From Nitrospirales bacterium (GTDB lineage: Bacteria; Nitrospirota; Nitrospiria; Nitrospirales; UBA8639), in the NCBI GenBank assembly GCA_965223295.1, contig CBDCWC010000002.1, positions 1,472,001-1,536,000 of the forward strand: 64,000 nt of DNA, read 5' to 3'. The position numbers were made by a program, and so were the translations under genes. The stretch's first letter is position 1, and each line of letters starts with the position of its first letter. Under the pieces are notes generated by a model. It was not told the DNA's origin, did no database searches, and saw only the letters and a list, made by a program, of their open reading frames with translations. This document shows, piece by piece, positions 59,424 to 64,000 of this stretch.

Positions 59424-60359
59424 GTGCGTTGTCGAAAATGTCCGCGTCGGGCAGTATTGGGTATGCCGCGGCACAATACCGCGTTTTGTGGCCCCTGCCT
59501 AACGGAATTCGTCAGGATACAAGTTCAACGGGCCATCAAATCTCAGATGATGTTTTCTCCAGAAGATCGCATTCTGGTCGCAGTGTCTGGTGGGAAAGAT
59601 AGCTTGACGCTCTGGGAAATTTTACTCAAATTGGGTTATCAAGTCGATGCTGTGTATGTGGATTTAGGTATCGCGGGATATTCAGAACGGTCTCGCGAAA
59701 AGGTGGAAGGGTTTGCTCGAAATGTTGCCCAATCCTGCGGATCAAAACTCATCATTCATCGGGTAGAAGAAGATGCAGGAACTGGCATTAAAGAATTGGC
59801 TCATATCGTTAAGCGACCAACCTGTTCGGCCTGCGGCACGATCAAACGCTACCAATTCAATCGCGTGGCATGGGAGAATAAATATGACGTGATGGCCACA
59901 GGGCACAATCTGGATGATGAGGCCGCACGATTGTTGGGGAATGTCTTACAGTGGCAGGAAGACTATCTCCAAAAACAATCGCCAACGCTTCCTGCTTCGG
60001 TTGAAGGCTTTGCCAAGAAAGTCAAACCGCTCTATCGCATGACCGAACGCGAAATTGCCGCCTATGCCGTCGTGAACCGCATTGATTATTTAATGGAAGA
60101 ATGCCCAATGGCAAAAGGGGCGAAAATGTTGGTGTACAAAGACGCACTGAACCGCCTGGAAGCTGAATCGCCCGGGACGAAACACCGTTTTTATTGGGGA
60201 TTTTTAGAAAAACAGAAGAAAGCGACTGAATCTTCGCAATCTATGACAGCAAGTGACCAAGCCACCCTTTTACCCTGTGAGACCTGCCAGCAACCCACGA
60301 CCGCAGGCACATGCACTTTCTGCCGCATGATGGCCCGCGCAAAAGCCCCTGCTCACTAA
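59424..60359 (+). CDS. ttuA: tRNA 2-thiolation enzyme, TtuA/Ncs6 type
   Basis: N- and C-terminal CxxC zinc fingers, PP-loop SGGKDS, CSAC, TGHNLDDE, ECP. Confidence 0.85.
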   Translation: MRCRKCPRRAVLGMPRHNTAFCGPCLTEFVRIQVQRAIKSQMMFSPEDRILVAVSGGKDSLTLWEILLKLGYQVDAVYVDLGIAGYSERSREKVEGFARNVAQSCGSKLIIHRVEEDAGTGIKELAHIVKRPTCSACGTIKRYQFNRVAWENKYDVMATGHNLDDEAARLLGNVLQWQEDYLQKQSPTLPASVEGFAKKVKPLYRMTEREIAAYAVVNRIDYLMEECPMAKGAKMLVYKDALNRLEAESPGTKHRFYWGFLEKQKKATESSQSMTASDQATLLPCETCQQPTTAGTCTFCRMMARAKAPAH

Positions 60360-60414
60360 AGACCTATTCATTTGGAAAAATCTGAATCTTCTCACATCAC
60401 CTTCATCCAAAAAT

Positions 60415-60570
60415 GGATGTGTTGAATAACGAAGATATCAAAGGCCACACTTCGCCAGAAAACCCTGGGCGATCAACAGCGTCGGGTCGGTTCAAAAAGT
60501 CCGCTCGCCTGGGCGAAGCCGCTAGGGCAAGGGCAGGGAACGCCGCTGGTGGCTTTTTTCAACAAACCCC
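60415..60570 (+). mobile_element. MITE family 1, copy D
   Basis: gtgttgaataacgaagatatcaa...aacgccgctggtggcttttttcaacaaacccc. Confidence 0.85.
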
Positions 60571-60607
60571 AAAATGGAAAGGAAGTTTTAAGCTGGAAGT
60601 TAGGAGC

Positions 60608-62368
60608 CTAGTCTCGATGAAAGCGGACTTTGACTTTTTTCCCTTTGATTCTTGACCGACCTAATACTTTAATAATTTCTTGGGCTAACTCCGCCGGAAC
60701 TTTCACTAGCGAAGAATCATCTGATATGTTGATGGGCCCGATCAGATTCGAGTTAAGTCCAGCCTCATTCGCAATCGCACCCACAAAATCACCTGGACGA
60801 ACACCTGCTTTTTTTCCGGCATTGAAATGCAAGGTTGTCATATTGACAGATTGACCTGATCGACGGCCTTGCCGTCCGCGCCGAACGGACCGACCAGGCC
60901 TGTCTTCTCGCCTGCCGCCTCGCACTTGATTTGATGAAACCCCTCTCGGACGCCTAGATGTTGAAGAAGCCTTTTCTCCGCGCTCACGTATGGCAGGAAT
61001 CTCTTCTTCCATTGGCTGCCCGTCTTTAGAGTCAGAAGCCAGCTGGATCGCGGCTGCAGCCACATCGGAAAGATCGAATTGTTCAGTTAGTGTCCGGACC
61101 ACATTTCGGAATCGATCAAAATTGTTAGCAGCAAGAATGTCATGAAGGGAAGATCCGATACGTTCCATTCGCTTAGCTTGAAGATCAGCCACGGTGGGGA
61201 GCATAGCTATGGGAATTTTGGATTTTGTCAGACGTTCAATATTCTGAAGCAGCCATTGCTCACGCGGCTCGACGAACATGATCGCTTCACCGCTACGCCC
61301 GGCACGCCCGGTTCTTCCAATACGATGGACATAAGCTTCGGGAGAGGACGGCACATCGTAATTCATCACATGCGATACATGTGAAATATCCAATCCTCGC
61401 GCGGCCACATCTGTTGCAACAAGGAGATCTATTTCCCCTGCCCGGAATGCCTGCATGACTCGATCCCGTTGAGCCTGGTTCATCCCACCATGAAGGCCCT
61501 CACTCCGATACCCGCGACTGTTGAGCTTCGAGGTCAATTCATCAACTTCTAAACGTGTCCGACAGAACACAAGTGTTGATTTTGGATTCGCCATATCCAA
61601 GATACGAATGAGAGCCAAGATCTTATGCGATCGGCGAACGAGGTAGGCCGTCTGATGGACGCGAGGAACCGCTCCAGCTGCAACCGGCTCCTTCGCAATG
61701 TGAATCTCAACAGGATCATGTAAATGGCGGCTCGCGATAGACGCAATACGGGGTGGCATCGTTGCCGAAAACAGTGCAGTCTGCCTGTCTTTTGGCGTCT
61801 CCTGAAGAATCGCATCCAGATCCTCGGCAAAGCCCATGTTGAGCATTTCATCTGCCTCATCCAGCACCACGACTTGCAGATCCTGGAGCCGTAACGTTTT
61901 GCGTCGGATGTGATCTAAGGCCCGACCGGGTGTTGCTACGACCACATCTACTCCACGTTTCAATTCCACCAGTTGCGATCGAATAGCCTGTCCTCCATAG
62001 ACAGCCAGGATGGCAACCTGCTGTTCTTTGCCATAGCGCTGAACCGCCTCACACACTTGAATCGCCAATTCACGCGTTGGCACCAGAATGAGGACGGAAG
62101 GATGAGAGTGCCGTGCTACATGAGCCAAGCGCTGAAGAAGTGGCAATGTGAACGCAGCGGTCTTACCTGTTCCTGTTGCTGCCCGGCCCAAGAGGTCGCG
62201 TCCAGCCAAAAGAGGTGGGATGGCCTCATATTGGATCGGAGTAGGCTCTTCATAGCCTAAGGTCTCAAGCGTGGTCAGTAACGCCGCCTCTAATCCAAGT
62301 GCGGCAAAACCTGGAGAAAAGCCCTTTATGGTTGGAGGCGCGGGGAAGTAAGTCTTACGATTTTTCAT
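60608..62368 (-). CDS. deaD: DEAD-box RNA helicase DeaD/CsdA-like with DbpA-type RNA-binding domain
   Basis: PTPIQ, ATGTGKT, PTRELA, DEAD, SAT, HRIGRTGRAGR; C-terminal GVRPGDFVGAIANE. Confidence 0.93.
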   Translation of the reverse strand: MKNRKTYFPAPPTIKGFSPGFAALGLEAALLTTLETLGYEEPTPIQYEAIPPLLAGRDLLGRAATGTGKTAAFTLPLLQRLAHVARHSHPSVLILVPTRELAIQVCEAVQRYGKEQQVAILAVYGGQAIRSQLVELKRGVDVVVATPGRALDHIRRKTLRLQDLQVVVLDEADEMLNMGFAEDLDAILQETPKDRQTALFSATMPPRIASIASRHLHDPVEIHIAKEPVAAGAVPRVHQTAYLVRRSHKILALIRILDMANPKSTLVFCRTRLEVDELTSKLNSRGYRSEGLHGGMNQAQRDRVMQAFRAGEIDLLVATDVAARGLDISHVSHVMNYDVPSSPEAYVHRIGRTGRAGRSGEAIMFVEPREQWLLQNIERLTKSKIPIAMLPTVADLQAKRMERIGSSLHDILAANNFDRFRNVVRTLTEQFDLSDVAAAAIQLASDSKDGQPMEEEIPAIRERGEKASSTSRRPRGVSSNQVRGGRREDRPGRSVRRGRQGRRSGQSVNMTTLHFNAGKKAGVRPGDFVGAIANEAGLNSNLIGPINISDDSSLVKVPAELAQEIIKVLGRSRIKGKKVKVRFHRD

Positions 62369-62791
62369 AAACGATTTCGAGCACCTTTCAATATTGGATT
62401 GTCCATAAGGTATCTAGAAAAATTTCTCGATATCTTACTTCCTGGTCCTGTCAATAACAGACGGGGAACAGCACAATAGGGGAAGCGATAACATCTGAGT
62501 GAACACTTTCACTTTCAACTTAGACAATTCAGACCGCCCTCGCCTCCAAAGAGACAAAGGGGGAGAAGAAAGGCCTACTTGGACGTTCCAGCACAACAAT
62601 AATAACAGGAAACCCTACATTGCCACATTGAGAGACAGAATGACACCAGTCTTTCGTCCCACAAAGACCTCCATTGTAGGTAAATCCGCACTGAAAACCC
62701 TACGTAGTATGGATTTCGGATTCCTGATTAGGGTTTTAGGATCGTCAGAACATACTTCTCCTCTCGACTTCGATACAAGGGAAGACAGTTT

Positions 62792-62966
62792 GGGGAATGT
62801 TGAACAATAAAGATATCGGAGAACATATTTCGCCAGAAAGACGGTGGTTGTCAGAAACATCGGGTCGGTTCAAAAAAGTCCGCTCGCCTGCGCGAAGCCG
62901 CTTCCAGCCTTCGTAGCCCATCGAGTTACTCCGACGGAGTAGGCGGCGGCTTTTTTCAATAGACCC
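62792..62966 (+). mobile_element. MITE family 1, copy E (diverged, internally deleted)
   Basis: tgttgaacaataaagatatc...gggtcggttcaaaaaagtccgctcgcctgcgcgaagccgctt...ggcggcttttttcaatagaccc. Confidence 0.8.
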
Positions 62967-63150
62967 AGGTGGATATCGCACAAACTGAAAAGTTCTGATA
63001 TTTTTGAGGAAAAAAGCATTCGTATTGTTGATTTTTCTCGCTGATTCCTGCCATTTTCTTTGGAACCCCTTCTTTTGATGAATAGGCAATTCTTAAATTT
63101 CCGTGTGTAATGATGAGACTACCGACCCGCTCGAACAGGAGGACAGATTC

Positions 63151-63573
63151 ATGACCAGGGCAGGTTTTTCCTTAATTTTTCTCAGCCTCATATGCCTTCT
63201 CCCATTGACGGCCTCTGCGGAAAAGCTTTCCTCCACTGACTGTGAAATCGCCCAAGGAAAAATGATGCAAGCCCACAACACCCGCGTCCCCCTTGAGCTG
63301 CAACGGGAACAAACACAGGAACGTGTCCGCCACATTTACGAAAACCTATTTATTTGTCACTCCACAGCCCTTCTCAGCAAGAAGCACCAGCTGCATTGTC
63401 AGCAACTGGAACGGGAAGCTCCCAAACAATTTCAAACCATGATTAAACTTGTCACCGCATCTCATGAAGCTTCACGACAAATACACACGCTCACCAAGCA
63501 AGTCCAAAAAGTGTGTCCTGCACCTTCTGCCAAGGCATCATTCACCCACATTAGCCGCCTCTCCAGCCACTAA
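63151..63573 (+). CDS. Secreted helical hypothetical protein
   Basis: aggagga RBS before ATG 63151, signal peptide ending ASA, four Cys in the mature part. Confidence 0.65.
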   Translation: MTRAGFSLIFLSLICLLPLTASAEKLSSTDCEIAQGKMMQAHNTRVPLELQREQTQERVRHIYENLFICHSTALLSKKHQLHCQQLEREAPKQFQTMIKLVTASHEASRQIHTLTKQVQKVCPAPSAKASFTHISRLSSH

Positions 63574-63594
63574 GCATACATAGAGATCCTCTCT

Positions 63595-63785
63595 GAATCT
63601 GTTGAAAAAAGCCGCCAGCGGCGTTCTCGCCCTTTTCCCGTGCTCACGTAATACCAGTACGCTCCGTGCGCAAAAATGGCTGCGGCCTTGCTGAACGGAC
63701 CTTTTTGAACAGACCCGAGGCCTCTGACATGTGACGTCGCAGAGACGAAATGTGGCCATTGATATCATCATTATTCAACAGCCCC
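63595..63785 (-). mobile_element. MITE family 1, copy F (insert-free form)
   Basis: The reverse complement matches copy B without the 34-nt insert. Confidence 0.88.
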
Positions 63786-64000
63786 TCTCTGTTAAATCTC
63801 GTTCCCCTTAACCTAGAGAAAGCTCCGTAGACACACCCAGAACTTCAAGATCTACAACACAACTTGTACGATGATGAACTGGAATGACAGATAGCTATAT
63901 CCGAAGCTCATCCGAAATACCCAGAACAAGTTGAATTCCCGCTAACCAATTACAGGAATGACGAAATGTGGGAAGAGATAAAACTATTCAGGAAGTTCGA

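Noticed and set aside
62499-62860. Overlapping ORFs upstream of deaD and possible decayed coding sequence
   Set aside because: They have no recognisable domain, run into MITE copy E and occupy conflicting strands.
1065-63771. Short ORFs 1065-1286, 4356-4601, 4372-4629, 4431-4658, 5268-5462, 60413-60655, 62745-63089 and 63538-63771, several with similar KKSAR-type peptides
   Set aside because: They are translations of MITE family 1 copies in various frames; the similarity is at the DNA level, not a protein family.
63790-64000. Possible gene fragment at the right edge
   Set aside because: The frame is interrupted by stops and cut by the window end, so it cannot be assigned.

Overview
Bacterial chromosomal window of moderate GC. 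Gene content and repeat types suggest a Nitrospirales-like organism; this is inference, since no marker gene is present. From left to right it holds: the tail of a surface-glycan locus (radical SAM/SPASM, GT4, GT-C glycosyltransferase, stand-alone HAD, UbiA-type phosphoribosyltransferase, WcaJ-like priming transferase); an orphan TadG(vWA)-TadE-TadE cassette; an IS6 remnant; agmatine catabolism genes (aguB, and aguA fused in frame to a REP-flanked DUF559 nuclease domain); an HD-GYP protein and a PAS hybrid kinase; a complete minus-strand Tad/Flp pilus locus headed by a c-di-GMP-I riboswitch and two flp genes, one missing from the ORF track; a sigma54-type operon encoding a membrane methyltransferase-like protein and a His-motif membrane protein; pal/cpoB-like genes; a diguanylate cyclase; amgK-murU; a PEP-CTERM protein; a GH15-gnd-zwf / tkt-tal-pgi pentose phosphate cluster; ttuB-ttuA; and a DEAD-box helicase. 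The intergenic DNA is rich in non-autonomous elements, including a six-copy MITE family with nested palindromic insertions. No rRNA, tRNA or CRISPR array was seen. All calls come from motif recognition by eye; no searches were run.
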